From contig OZ245002.1 of the NCBI GenBank assembly GCA_965223415.1, forward strand, positions 768,001-832,000: a stretch of 64,000 nt of DNA, written 5' to 3'. The translations under genes and the position numbers were made by a program. Within the stretch, counting starts at the first letter, position 1; every line of letters begins with the position of its first letter. The stretch is from Myxococcota bacterium. GTDB taxonomy: Bacteria > Myxococcota_A > UBA9160 > UBA6930. This document shows positions 38,594 to 48,134 of this stretch, piece after piece. The notes beneath the pieces were generated by a model, which ran no database searches, was not told the DNA's origin, and saw nothing but the letters and a program-made list of their open reading frames with translations.

Positions 38594-40161
38594 CAGCTCC
38601 GCCCCTCTCCGACCAGGGCGCGGAAGCGCACCAGGTCCGCCACCCGGTAGCCGGTGTAGCCGCCGATCCAGATGAGGAGCCCCATGATCGCGAACACCAG
38701 CTCCGGGAACGAGAACATCAGATAGCCGGCGCCCTCGCTGCGGAGCAGGGGGTGCACCACCGCCGCGACGCCGACGGACCAGAGCCCGCGCACGAGGGCC
38801 TCCTGCAGGCCCTCCTCTGCAGCCGTGATGTAGATGCGTTCGACCAGCATGGTGAGGATCACGATGGGAAACACGACGCCGGCAAAGAAGTCCGGCAGCT
38901 TCGCGTCCTGCGCGGCCAGCGCCAGACCGGTCACGAAGAGGACGACCACGCAGAGGAGGATCGAGAGCCGCGGCACCATCAGGAGCCGCAGCCGCTCGAG
39001 GCCGGTGCGCGCCGCCACCGCGAGACCGGTCACCACGCCGACCAGCAGGAGGCCGAGGCTCAGGGAGTACTCGCGCAGGGCCAGGGCGATCAGCACGGGC
39101 ATGAACGTGCCGTAGGTGGGAATGCCGACCACGTTGCGGAAGAGCGCGACCAGGAGCGCGCCGAGGGGCAGGAGCAGCAGCACGCGCAGGGCGGCCTGGC
39201 TCGCCAACGGCAGGCGGTAGAGCGAGAGACGCGCCAGGATCGGGTTGTCCGGCGCGAGCAGGCTGGCGATCTCGTCCGGGCGCAGGGGCTCGCGGAGGGA
39301 CATGTAGCGGTGGCCCACGGCGCGGACGCCGGTGGCTTCCACCAGAGGCTGCTCGCCGCGACCCATCACCACGAAGTCCGCCGGGCGGTGGCCGAAGAAA
39401 TCGTGCACCGCGGAGAGCGGCACCCACACGCCGCGGAGCCACGCCTCCGCCCACAGGCGCGGCTCGGGCACCGCTCCCTCGCGCAGCTCCAGCCCGCGCA
39501 CCACCCGAGCGGGCACGCCGGCACCGCGCAGCAGCGTGATCAGCAGGCGCTCCTTGCCCTCGGCGCTTCCTTCCCGGCGCGCCAGGGTAAGGAGCGCGTC
39601 GCTTCCGGCCCCGCCCACCTCGTCGATCTCGTGAGCCACGAAGGCGAAGAGCGTGCGAACCCGCGCCGGCAGGTCTTCCGGCGCCGGCAGGTCGAGGTCC
39701 TCCAGCACGGCGACCACGTCGGGCGAGGAGGAAGGCAGGTCCGGCGTCGGCCGCGTGTAGCGCTTGCGTAGGCCGAGCTGGCCGGTCGCGGCGACGGCCG
39801 GGATCTCGACCTCGTGGGCCCCGCTCTGGATGCGGAACTGGTAGACGACCTCGTGGATGTCCTCGAGCCAGCCGGTCCACACGCCGAGCCGATTGCCGCC
39901 CTGCTCGCGAATGCTGAAGCCGAGGCGATCCGAGGACGAGCGCTCGTCGAAGACCAGCTGCTCGGGAGAGCCGGCGGGAAGGAGAGCGCGCACGCTGCCC
40001 TTCTTTCCTTCGCCCCGCACGTGGATGCGGAGCTCCACCTGCCAGGGGCCCGGCGTCTCCGCCGGCGCCAGCGGGATGTCGTACACCCACGCCTTCGTGG
40101 CGAAAACGCCGATCCCCAGGGCGAGGAAGAGGAGGCCCGTGATCGTGACCGACCGACTCAC
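38593..40161 (-). CDS. inactive transglutaminase fused to 7-TM domain
   Basis: LLRGAGVPARVVRGL transglutaminase core without Cys/His; RNVVGIPTYGTFMPVL, LLMVPRL, FPIVILTMLVER, GYTGYR TM block. Confidence 0.88.
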   Translation of the reverse strand: MSRSVTITGLLFLALGIGVFATKAWVYDIPLAPAETPGPWQVELRIHVRGEGKKGSVRALLPAGSPEQLVFDERSSSDRLGFSIREQGGNRLGVWTGWLEDIHEVVYQFRIQSGAHEVEIPAVAATGQLGLRKRYTRPTPDLPSSSPDVVAVLEDLDLPAPEDLPARVRTLFAFVAHEIDEVGGAGSDALLTLARREGSAEGKERLLITLLRGAGVPARVVRGLELREGAVPEPRLWAEAWLRGVWVPLSAVHDFFGHRPADFVVMGRGEQPLVEATGVRAVGHRYMSLREPLRPDEIASLLAPDNPILARLSLYRLPLASQAALRVLLLLPLGALLVALFRNVVGIPTYGTFMPVLIALALREYSLSLGLLLVGVVTGLAVAARTGLERLRLLMVPRLSILLCVVVLFVTGLALAAQDAKLPDFFAGVVFPIVILTMLVERIYITAAEEGLQEALVRGLWSVGVAAVVHPLLRSEGAGYLMFSFPELVFAIMGLLIWIGGYTGYRVADLVRFRALVGEGRS

Positions 40162-40163
40162 GG

Positions 40164-41297
40164 CTACTCCGGGTGCTCGGCGGCGTCGAGCTGGTCCGGA
40201 GGCTGCGGCCCGGGCTGCGGGACGCCCGGCTCCTGCACCGGCGCGTCGCCGGGCAGGCCGATGTGGAACGCCGCGAAGCCCGGGATCACCACCTGGGAGA
40301 GGGCCATGCCGATCACGCGTCCGGCTACCGGGGCGATCACCTGGGAGCGTTCGTTGGAGACCGGGTCCGTCACGGTGCCAAGCACGTCGCCGGCGTCGAC
40401 GGCCTCGCCGAGCCGGCGATCGGTGAGGAAGATGCCGCCGTCGTTCACCCGTACCCAGCGCGAGCGAAAGAACACCTCGGGACCGTTGCCCCGCGAAGGC
40501 TGGCCGGTCATCCCCAAGGTCGCCAGGAGCTGCCGGGTCCCCTGGAAGCCGCGCTCGATCTCCTCGGCCTGGAAGCGCATCGGCTCGCCGGCCTCGTAGG
40601 TGATCGCCGTGATCCCCGCGTCCATGGCGGCGCGGCGCAGGGTTCCCGGCGCCCCCTCGCTGTGGAGGATCAGCTCCACGCCGAAGCCGCGTGCCATCTC
40701 GAAGACCGCCGGCCTGCGCAGGTCGGCCCGCAGCTGCGGGATGTTGGTGCGGTGGAAGGAGCCGGTGTGAAAGTCCACCAGCCGATCGCAATGCAGGACC
40801 ACCTGCTGGAAGAGCGCACTGGCGATGCGCGAGGCGGAGCTGCCGCCCGGGTGGCCGGGGAAGAAGCGATTCAGGTCGCGACGGTCCGGCAGGTAGCGGG
40901 AGCTGCGCCGGAAGCCGTGAAGGTTCGCGACGGGCACGCCGATCAGCATGCCGGAGAGCTCCGGCGGCGAGATCGCCTCGAAGGCCTTGCGCACGATCTC
41001 GATGCCGTTCAGCTCGTCGCCGTGGACGCCGGCGGTGAGGCACACGGTCGGTCCCGGGGTGAGGCCGCGGATCACGAGCACCGGGATCTCGACGGAGGTG
41101 CCGGCGAAGGACTCGCTGGCCCGCAGGAAGAGGCGACGCTTGTCCCCTGCGGCGACCTGGCGGCCGAGCAGACGGGCCGTGTCCCAGGCGGTCGAGGTGA
41201 CCGCCGCCTCCTGGGCGGTGGACGGCAGCGCGAGCAGACCGGCAGCGAGGGCGAGGACCCGCGCGGCGCTTCGGGTGGGACCGGGCCGGGGTTGCAC
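40164..41297 (-). CDS. secreted M14-type succinylglutamate desuccinylase/aspartoacylase family peptidase
   Basis: Signal peptide; AGVHGDELNG, DLNRFFPG, VDFHTG, YEAGE. Confidence 0.9.
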   Translation of the reverse strand: MQPRPGPTRSAARVLALAAGLLALPSTAQEAAVTSTAWDTARLLGRQVAAGDKRRLFLRASESFAGTSVEIPVLVIRGLTPGPTVCLTAGVHGDELNGIEIVRKAFEAISPPELSGMLIGVPVANLHGFRRSSRYLPDRRDLNRFFPGHPGGSSASRIASALFQQVVLHCDRLVDFHTGSFHRTNIPQLRADLRRPAVFEMARGFGVELILHSEGAPGTLRRAAMDAGITAITYEAGEPMRFQAEEIERGFQGTRQLLATLGMTGQPSRGNGPEVFFRSRWVRVNDGGIFLTDRRLGEAVDAGDVLGTVTDPVSNERSQVIAPVAGRVIGMALSQVVIPGFAAFHIGLPGDAPVQEPGVPQPGPQPPDQLDAAEHPE

Positions 41298-41399
41298 CGC
41301 AGGATCCTAGGAGACGGATTTCCGCGTGTCGCCGGCGAGTGGGGCTTTCCACACCCGGCAGCGACCCGTCGCACGAGGTCTGCGATACTCGCATGGCCC

Positions 41400-42167
41400 G
41401 TGAGCGAACTTCCCCTGGCTTTCGACCGCTGGCTCGCCGCCACCGCCGAGCGCCCCCCGGAGCTCTCGACCCGGGAGCTGGGAGGCGCCATCCGCGCCGT
41501 CTCCCGGGTGTACGTGGAGGGGCGGCAAGCCGGCGGCCTGGGCGGGCGTGCAACCGCCAGCCAGGGCCGGCGCGCCGCCTTCGCCCGCTTCTACGCGCCA
41601 CTGCACTTCCTGTGCGTGTGGCACGCGCTCGGCGAGCTGCGCGCGGCACTGCCGGCGGCCGCTCCGACGCGCCTCCTGGACCTCGGCTGCGGCAGCGGCG
41701 CCGCCGGCGCCGCTGCCGCGCTGCGCTTCGCGCCGCCGCCCCGGGTGGAGGCCATCGACGCCCTGGGCTGGGCCCTCGGCGAGGCGCGCCGCACCTACGC
41801 CTGCTTCGGCCTGGGGGCCCGGGTGCGCCGGGGCGAGCTGCCGAAGGCCCTGCCCAGGCTCGACGCGGGGGACCTGGTCGTCTGCGGCTGGCTCCTGAAC
41901 GAGCTCGAGGCCGAACCACGGGAGACGCTACTCGAGCGGCTGGAGCGCGGCGTCCGTCGGGGCGCCGCCGTGCTCGTGCTGGAGCCGCTCGCGGGAAGCG
42001 CGTCGCCCTGGTGGGACGCCGCGGCCCACCGGCTCCGCGGAGCCGGCCTCGAGAGCGGCCTGTTCAAGACCGAGCTGGAGCTGCCGGAGCCGCTGCGCAC
42101 CCTCGACCGCTCGGCAGGGCTCGACCACCGCGTGCTCGGTGCGCGCTGGCTGGCCGGGCCGGCGTGA
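41400..42167 (+). CDS. Rsm22-like class I methyltransferase
   Basis: RAAFARFYAPLH, LLDLGCGSGA, WLLNEL, VLVLEP. Confidence 0.72.
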   Translation: MSELPLAFDRWLAATAERPPELSTRELGGAIRAVSRVYVEGRQAGGLGGRATASQGRRAAFARFYAPLHFLCVWHALGELRAALPAAAPTRLLDLGCGSGAAGAAAALRFAPPPRVEAIDALGWALGEARRTYACFGLGARVRRGELPKALPRLDAGDLVVCGWLLNELEAEPRETLLERLERGVRRGAAVLVLEPLAGSASPWWDAAAHRLRGAGLESGLFKTELELPEPLRTLDRSAGLDHRVLGARWLAGPA

Positions 42168-43165
42168 GCGACGCCCCGATCGTCTCGGTGCTGCTCCCCT
42201 TCCGGGATGCGGCGCCGACCGTCGAAGCCGCCCTGCGCAGCGTGCTGCGGCAGACCGAGGGGAGGCTCGAGTGTGTGGCCGTCGACGACGGCTCCCGCGA
42301 CGACGGCGCTTCGCGGGTGGCCGCCCAGGCCGCCACCGATCCGCGCGTGCGGCTACTGAGGGGAGAGCGGCGGGGGCTCGTGGCGAGCCTGGGCCTCGGG
42401 CTCCACGCCTGTCGCGGGCGCTTCGTCGCGCGCATGGACGCGGACGACTGGATGCACCGCGCCCGCCTGGCCGCCCAGCTCGCCCTGCTGGCGGACGACC
42501 CGGCCCTCGGCGCCGTCGGCTGCCACGTGCGGCTCTTCCCGCGCACCGGACTGAGCCAGGGCATGCGCGCCTACGAAGCCTGGCTGAACGGCCTGGGCTC
42601 CGCCGACGACGTGCACCGGGAGGCCTTCATCGAGTGCCCGATCGCCCACCCCACCCTGCTCGCCCGGCGCGAGCTCGTGTCCTACCGCGAGACCGAGTGG
42701 CCCGAGGACTACGACCTCCTGCTGCGTTGGCGCGAGGCGGGCGTGCGGGTCGGCGTCGTGCCCCGCCGCCTGCACGGCTGGCGCGACCATCCGGAGCGGC
42801 TCTCCCGCCGGGATCCTCGCTACGGCGTCGACCGCTTCGTCGCCTGCAAGGCCGCCTTCCTGGCGAAGGGGCTCCTGGCCGGCGAGGCGTCCTACGTCCT
42901 GTGGGGCTTCGGCGGAACCGGCCGCTCCTTGGCCCGGGCGCTGCGCGGCCACGGCAAGCAGCTGGCGGCGGTCGTCGAGCTGCATCCCGGGCGGCTCGGC
43001 CAATGGATCCACGGGGCGCCGGTCGTGCCGCCGGAGGCCCTGCCGGATCTCCCCCGGCGGCCGCTCCTCGTCTCCGTGGCCGGTGCCAGCGCGCGGCAGG
43101 AGATCCGCGGCGCCCTGGCGCGCATGGGCTTCGTGGAGGTGCGCGACTACCTCTGCACCGCGTAG
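42164..43165 (+). CDS. GT2 glycosyltransferase with C-terminal Rossmann-like domain
   Basis: VSVLLP, VDDGSRD, ARMDADD, PEDYDL; LWGFGGTG. Confidence 0.88.
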   Translation: MSDAPIVSVLLPFRDAAPTVEAALRSVLRQTEGRLECVAVDDGSRDDGASRVAAQAATDPRVRLLRGERRGLVASLGLGLHACRGRFVARMDADDWMHRARLAAQLALLADDPALGAVGCHVRLFPRTGLSQGMRAYEAWLNGLGSADDVHREAFIECPIAHPTLLARRELVSYRETEWPEDYDLLLRWREAGVRVGVVPRRLHGWRDHPERLSRRDPRYGVDRFVACKAAFLAKGLLAGEASYVLWGFGGTGRSLARALRGHGKQLAAVVELHPGRLGQWIHGAPVVPPEALPDLPRRPLLVSVAGASARQEIRGALARMGFVEVRDYLCTA

Positions 43166-43174
43166 CCTCTCCAG

Positions 43175-44077
43175 GTGCCGGAGCTCCCCGACATCACCGT
43201 CTACCTCGAGGCCATGGCGCCGCGCATCGTCGGCGAGCCCCTCGAGAAGATCCTGCTGCGCGGCATCTCGCTGCTGCGCTCCGTCGACCCGCCGCTCCCG
43301 AGCTTCGAGGGCCAGGTGGTGCGGGAGCTGCGGCGGCTGGGCAAGCGCATCGTCTGGGGCTTCGAGGAGGAGCGCTTTCTCGTCTTCCACCTGATGATCG
43401 CCGGCCGCTTCCGCTGGAAGAAGCGCGGGGCGAAGCCACCGGGCAAGGTAGGCCACGCGGCCTTCCAGTTCCCGAAGGGCAGCCTGGTGCTGACCGAGCA
43501 GGGGACGAAGAAGCGGGCGACGCTCCACGCCGTCCAGGGCGAGGCGGCCCTGGCCGAGCACGACCGCGGCGGAATCTACGTCCTGTCCTGCGACCGGAAC
43601 GCCTTTCGCGAGGCCCTCGTCCGCGAGAACCACACGCTCAAGCGCACGCTGACCGATCCGCGGCTCTTCGACGGCATCGGGGGCGCCTACTCCGACGAGA
43701 TCCTCCACCGCGCCGGGCTCTCGCCGGTGAAGCTCTCCCAGAAGATGAAGGAAGAAGAGATCGATCGGCTCTTCGAGGCGAGCCGAGAGACGCTGCGCTG
43801 GTGGATCGACTACCTGCTCGCCGAGAACGGCGACGGGTTCCCGGAGAAGGTCACCGCCTTCCGGCCCGAGATGGCGGTGCACGGCCGCTACCGCGAGCCC
43901 TGCCCCGTCTGCGAATCGCCGGTGCAGCGCATCGTCCACGTGGACACCGAGACGAACTACTGCGCCACCTGTCAGACGGGAGGCAAGCTGCTCGCCGATC
44001 GCGCGCTCTCCCGGCTCCTCAAGAAAGATTGGCCGCGGACCCTCGAGGAGATGGAGCAGCGGCGTCCCTCCGGCTGA
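43175..44077 (+). CDS. Fpg/Nei family DNA glycosylase
   Basis: PELPD N-terminus, HLMIAGR, GIGGAYSDE H2TH, CPVC..CATC zinc finger. Confidence 0.92.
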   Translation: MPELPDITVYLEAMAPRIVGEPLEKILLRGISLLRSVDPPLPSFEGQVVRELRRLGKRIVWGFEEERFLVFHLMIAGRFRWKKRGAKPPGKVGHAAFQFPKGSLVLTEQGTKKRATLHAVQGEAALAEHDRGGIYVLSCDRNAFREALVRENHTLKRTLTDPRLFDGIGGAYSDEILHRAGLSPVKLSQKMKEEEIDRLFEASRETLRWWIDYLLAENGDGFPEKVTAFRPEMAVHGRYREPCPVCESPVQRIVHVDTETNYCATCQTGGKLLADRALSRLLKKDWPRTLEEMEQRRPSG

Positions 44078-44083
44078 GGCGGA

Positions 44084-45898
44084 CTACCGGGGATCGCCGA
44101 TGGGAGCGGCTCGCGCGTCGCCCACGAGCCGCGGCACGTCGGCGCCGCTGAGAGACTCGAGGAAGGCGACCAGGTCCGACTGTTCTTCGGCGGAGAGGCC
44201 CAGGGGCGCAACCCGCGGATCGAGGCCCTCGTTGGGGATGCCGCCGGCGTTGTAGAAGGCGACCACCTCGGAGAGCGTGCCGAGGGAGCCGTCGTGCATG
44301 TAGGGCGGAGTGAGGGCCACGTTGCGCAGGGTCGGCGTGCGGTACTTCCATCGATCCGCGGGATCGAGGGTGATCTCGTAGAGGCCGAGATCCGCCGGGG
44401 GCGTCTCGGAGATCGGGGCGAGGAAGGCGTCGTCCAGCTCCACGAAGGAGCCGGGAGCCACCTCCACCCGGGCGCCTCCGCCGGCGCCCATCGCGCGGGC
44501 GTAGCCGAGGCCGGTGTTGTGCATCCCGTGGTCGGTGAAGAGCGCGTGGTCCGCGCCGATGGGGTGACAGCTGGCGCAGCGCGCGCGACCGGTAAAGAGG
44601 CGGAAGCCCCGCACGGCGGCCTCGCCGAGGGCGCGCTCTTCGCCACCGAAGTGCCAGCGGTCGAAGGGGCTGTTCGCAGAGACGAGGGTGCGCTGGTAGC
44701 TGGCGAGGGCCATGCCCAGGGTCTCCATGCCAGGGCCCCGCCCTTCGAAGGCCGCCTCGAACAGGCCCTCGTAGTCGGGCAGCGCCGCGATCCGTTCGAG
44801 CAGGACGCCCGGAGAGGGATTGCCCATCTCGTTCGCTGCGAGGAGCGGGCCCCACACCTGGCGCTCGAGCTGGCTCTCACGTCCGTCGTGGAAGAGCCGC
44901 CGGGCGTAGGCGACGTTGTAGATCGTCGGGGCGTTGCGACGGACCGTCCGCCCTTCGATGCCCACGGCGGTCGCGAGCTCATGGCTGGTGAGGCCCTGCT
45001 CCGGCACGTGACACATGGCGCAGGAGAAGGTGCCGTTGTGGGAGAGCCGCCGGTCGAAGAAGAGCTTTCGGCCGAGGGCGATGCGCTCGCGGTCCAGCGG
45101 ATTGTCCGCCGGAACCGGAACCGGCGGCAGACCCAGAGGCGGCATCCGGGCGTGGGCCAGGAGGTCCACCGCCACCGTGGGCTCGTCGGTTGCGGCTTCT
45201 TCGGCCCCGGACGAGGCCTCCTCGAGGAGCAGCGTGCGAACGTCGTTCTCGATCACCTCGGCGTGGAGGAAGGAGCTGCTGTAGACGTTGCGGATCCGCA
45301 TCCTCCGATCGATCAGGAACACCCGCAGCACGTGGGAGAACTGGCCGGTCGTGCGCCCCTCCGCGTCGACCTCGGCCTGGATGGCCTGGTCGTAGTCGTC
45401 GAGGATCGGCGTGAGCTCGGTGGGGCCGGCGGTGGTCAGGAAGCGCCAGTCCGCGCGCTCGGAGCGAAACGAGGAGCGGAAGCGGCGCATCACCTCCGGC
45501 GTGTCGCGCTCCGGATCGAAGCTCATGGTAACGAGACGCGCGGCCTTCGCGAGCTCCGGGTCGGCCTCACAACGGGCCTTCAGCCGATCGAGGGTGGCGA
45601 GAGAGAGGGGACAACCCTGGGCGTCGTGGCAGGCCCCGAAGATGAAGCTCAGCACGACGAGCCGGCCGGCGAATAGCTCGTGGAGGCGGTCCGGGCGCCC
45701 GTCCTCGTCGAGCACGTCGCCGTCGGCGGCAGGGCCCAGATCGGCCAGGGCGTAGGAGCCGGGCGCCGGCGCCTCGAATTGCATGCGGGCGTCGGGCGGC
45801 TTCGCCGGCGCCCCAGCCGGAGGCTCGTGGGCCGGCGCCGGTCCGACTCCGAGCGCCGCCGCCGCGAGTGCGAGCGCGGTGGCCCGGGCGAGGCGCAA
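44084..45898 (-). CDS. SCO/SenC domain fused to MauG-like di-heme cytochrome c peroxidase
   Basis: Signal peptide; CHDAQGC, SFDPERDTP, FSH (SCO); CAMCH, CASCH, YRTPTLRN, YMHDG. Confidence 0.88.
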   Translation of the reverse strand: MRLARATALALAAAALGVGPAPAHEPPAGAPAKPPDARMQFEAPAPGSYALADLGPAADGDVLDEDGRPDRLHELFAGRLVVLSFIFGACHDAQGCPLSLATLDRLKARCEADPELAKAARLVTMSFDPERDTPEVMRRFRSSFRSERADWRFLTTAGPTELTPILDDYDQAIQAEVDAEGRTTGQFSHVLRVFLIDRRMRIRNVYSSSFLHAEVIENDVRTLLLEEASSGAEEAATDEPTVAVDLLAHARMPPLGLPPVPVPADNPLDRERIALGRKLFFDRRLSHNGTFSCAMCHVPEQGLTSHELATAVGIEGRTVRRNAPTIYNVAYARRLFHDGRESQLERQVWGPLLAANEMGNPSPGVLLERIAALPDYEGLFEAAFEGRGPGMETLGMALASYQRTLVSANSPFDRWHFGGEERALGEAAVRGFRLFTGRARCASCHPIGADHALFTDHGMHNTGLGYARAMGAGGGARVEVAPGSFVELDDAFLAPISETPPADLGLYEITLDPADRWKYRTPTLRNVALTPPYMHDGSLGTLSEVVAFYNAGGIPNEGLDPRVAPLGLSAEEQSDLVAFLESLSGADVPRLVGDARAAPIGDPR

Positions 45899-45905
45899 GC
45901 GTTCC

Positions 45906-47246
45906 CTACCGCCCGGCGGCGATCGCACCCGCGCCAGGGGCGGACGAGTAGAGCGACCCCGCGCCGAAGCGCATCTGGTGAGCGCGCCCGAGCTTCTGCT
46001 CGATGAAGTCCACGGTCCATTGGTGCGCGAGCTTCTCGCCGTCCCAGTGGTAGAGCTTCACGAACTGCTCGTTCTCCTCGCCCTTCTTGTCCCAGTTCGC
46101 GAGGAGCGAGCTGGAGAAGTAGACCCGCTTCCCGTCCCAGCTCTGGGAGACCATGTTCACTTGCGTGCCGATCCGCTCGGAGAAGATCTCCTTCGGATGG
46201 TGGGGATCGCTGATGTCGAAGAGCCGGGTCGTCCCGTCGAGGAAGGTGTTCACCCAGAGGGTGCGGTCGTCGGCAGAGATCGAGATGTCGACGGGCAGGG
46301 GCACCTTGGCCGGGTCGCCGATGTCGGCGACCGCCTTGGCGCTCCAGGCTCCGTCCGCGGCCCGCTCGACCAACCACAGCTGCGAGGTGAGGGCGGCCGA
46401 GGTGAAGGCGTAGTCGTGATCCGCGCCCCAGGCCCAGCGCACCTCGAGGGGAGCGCCGGGCACGTCGAAGACCTGCTTCGGCTGGCGGGAGTGCAGGTCC
46501 CAGAGGACGACGGTCTTGCCGAAGCGCTTCATCGCCTCCTCGTCCTTCAGCATCTTGCCGAAGTCCATCATGTAGTTGGTCCAGCCGGTGAACGACGTGC
46601 TGAGCATGGCGTTCAGTCGGGGCTGTACGCGGGCATCGTAGTTGTAGCCGTCGGCGAACTCGCCCGCCTTGGTGCTTCCGCGAAGGTCGTCGTCGGTGGG
46701 CATCCAGTGGGTCGCGACCCACTCGCCCTCGTTGGTGTACTCGACCTGCGCCGAGCGGCCGCCGTGGTCCTTGTTGTTGGAGAGCCCGGTGATCAGCATG
46801 CGACCCGGCAGGGCGTAGAAGGTATGGGGACCCACGACGCCGCCGGTCTTGGCCACGAAGTCCGTGATGGTCTTCTCGAGGCGCGGCTTGCCGGGATCCG
46901 AGTGCACGTCGAAGATGAAGATCTTGCTGGTGTCGAGGCCGCCGGCCCACAGGTAGCGGCGGTCGTCGGTGAGGCCCGAGTGGTGGGCCTCGTTGCGGCC
47001 CCCGACGGAGAGGCTGTGCACGACCTGGCCGTAGGTGGCACTGCCCGGGCGCGCGTCGAGGGTGACGAGCTTGTCGGAACCGTCCCCGAGCCCCTCCATG
47101 CCGAGGGTCCAGACGTAGACGAAGTCCTCCTGGCCCACGATCTTGGCCATGTAGGGGGACTGGCAGGTCTCGTCAGCGCGGGCGGCGTAGGCGGCGGCCA
47201 GGACGAGAACGATGCCGAAGATCGTGTAGCGGACGACGAGGGCCAT
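45906..47246 (-). CDS. mtoX: methanethiol oxidase (SELENBP1/SBP56 family), secreted
   Basis: Signal peptide then DETCQSPY; NEAHH, GPHTFY, FTGWTNY, SQSWDGKR; adjacent SCO-MauG gene. Confidence 0.9.
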   Translation of the reverse strand: MALVVRYTIFGIVLVLAAAYAARADETCQSPYMAKIVGQEDFVYVWTLGMEGLGDGSDKLVTLDARPGSATYGQVVHSLSVGGRNEAHHSGLTDDRRYLWAGGLDTSKIFIFDVHSDPGKPRLEKTITDFVAKTGGVVGPHTFYALPGRMLITGLSNNKDHGGRSAQVEYTNEGEWVATHWMPTDDDLRGSTKAGEFADGYNYDARVQPRLNAMLSTSFTGWTNYMMDFGKMLKDEEAMKRFGKTVVLWDLHSRQPKQVFDVPGAPLEVRWAWGADHDYAFTSAALTSQLWLVERAADGAWSAKAVADIGDPAKVPLPVDISISADDRTLWVNTFLDGTTRLFDISDPHHPKEIFSERIGTQVNMVSQSWDGKRVYFSSSLLANWDKKGEENEQFVKLYHWDGEKLAHQWTVDFIEQKLGRAHQMRFGAGSLYSSAPGAGAIAAGR

Positions 47247-47285
47247 CGGGAACCTCCTCCGTGGGTCGGGCGATGGGGTGGGAGC

Positions 47286-48134
47286 CTACCGCAGCAGGCG
47301 CTCGACGACGGCCACCAGGCCGTCCTCGTCGTGGCGGCCGGTCACCCAGTCCGCGGCGGCCTGCACCTCCGGGTGGCCGTTCGCCATGGCGACGCCGAAG
47401 CCGGCGCCGCGGATCATGGTGAGATCGTTGCGCTCGTCGCCCACGGCGCAGACGGCCTCGCCCGGAAGGCCGCGCTCGTCGAGGAGGGCGCCGAGCCCGG
47501 TCCACTTGCACACCCCGGGAGGCCGCACCTCGAGGAACCAGCCGCCGCCGCTCGAGGCGTCGTCGGGCATGGGCAGGATGTGGGTCGCGTAGCGCCCGGG
47601 GAAGCGCTCGTGAACGAGGGCCTCGGCGGCGGCGGCCTCGGCGTGGGGCCCGAAGGCGCAGAGCTCGATCACGTCGTCGCGATCCTCCGAGGCCAGATCG
47701 CGCCGCCATTCGCAGAACTCGCGATTGCGCTCGGCGTAGCGCGAAGTCCAGCCGTTCCAGGCCAGCGCCCCGTCGATCACGAAGTCCGGCCCGCCGTCCG
47801 CGTGGCCGTCCCGCTGCCCGATCCCGGTGATGCCCAGCTCCCGGTAGAGCGACGCCAGCTCGCGCAGCTCCGCCCCGGAGAGCGTACGCCGGTGCAGCGT
47901 CCGGCCGTCCGCCTCCTTCACCAACGCCCCACCGAGGCTGACCGCGGCGACCGCCAGCCCCAGCTGCTCCATCACCCGCCGGGTCGTCCGGTAGCGCCGC
48001 CCCGTCGCGATCACCACCTCCACACCCTCCCCGTGGGCCCGATGCAACGCCTCCCGCGTCCCCGGCGACACCTCGTCCCCCCGCCACGCCAACGTCCCAT
48101 CCACATCCAACGCAATGATCCCGATGTTAAGCAA
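47286..48134 (-). CDS. Cof-type HAD hydrolase
   Basis: LDVDGTL, IATGR, CKWTGL, VGDERNDLTM. Confidence 0.9.
   Translation of the reverse strand: MLNIGIIALDVDGTLAWRGDEVSPGTREALHRAHGEGVEVVIATGRRYRTTRRVMEQLGLAVAAVSLGGALVKEADGRTLHRRTLSGAELRELASLYRELGITGIGQRDGHADGGPDFVIDGALAWNGWTSRYAERNREFCEWRRDLASEDRDDVIELCAFGPHAEAAAAEALVHERFPGRYATHILPMPDDASSGGGWFLEVRPPGVCKWTGLGALLDERGLPGEAVCAVGDERNDLTMIRGAGFGVAMANGHPEVQAAADWVTGRHDEDGLVAVVERLLR

Noticed and set aside
37619..41919. Apparent giant ORFs 37619-40090 and 38593-41919 (also 53335-55854, 60098-62593)
   Set aside because: N-terminal parts are off-frame overlaps with upstream genes; true starts are internal
45906..47246. Selenoprotein interpretation of the selenium-binding protein
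   Set aside because: No in-frame TGA; the family name is historical and context indicates methanethiol oxidase
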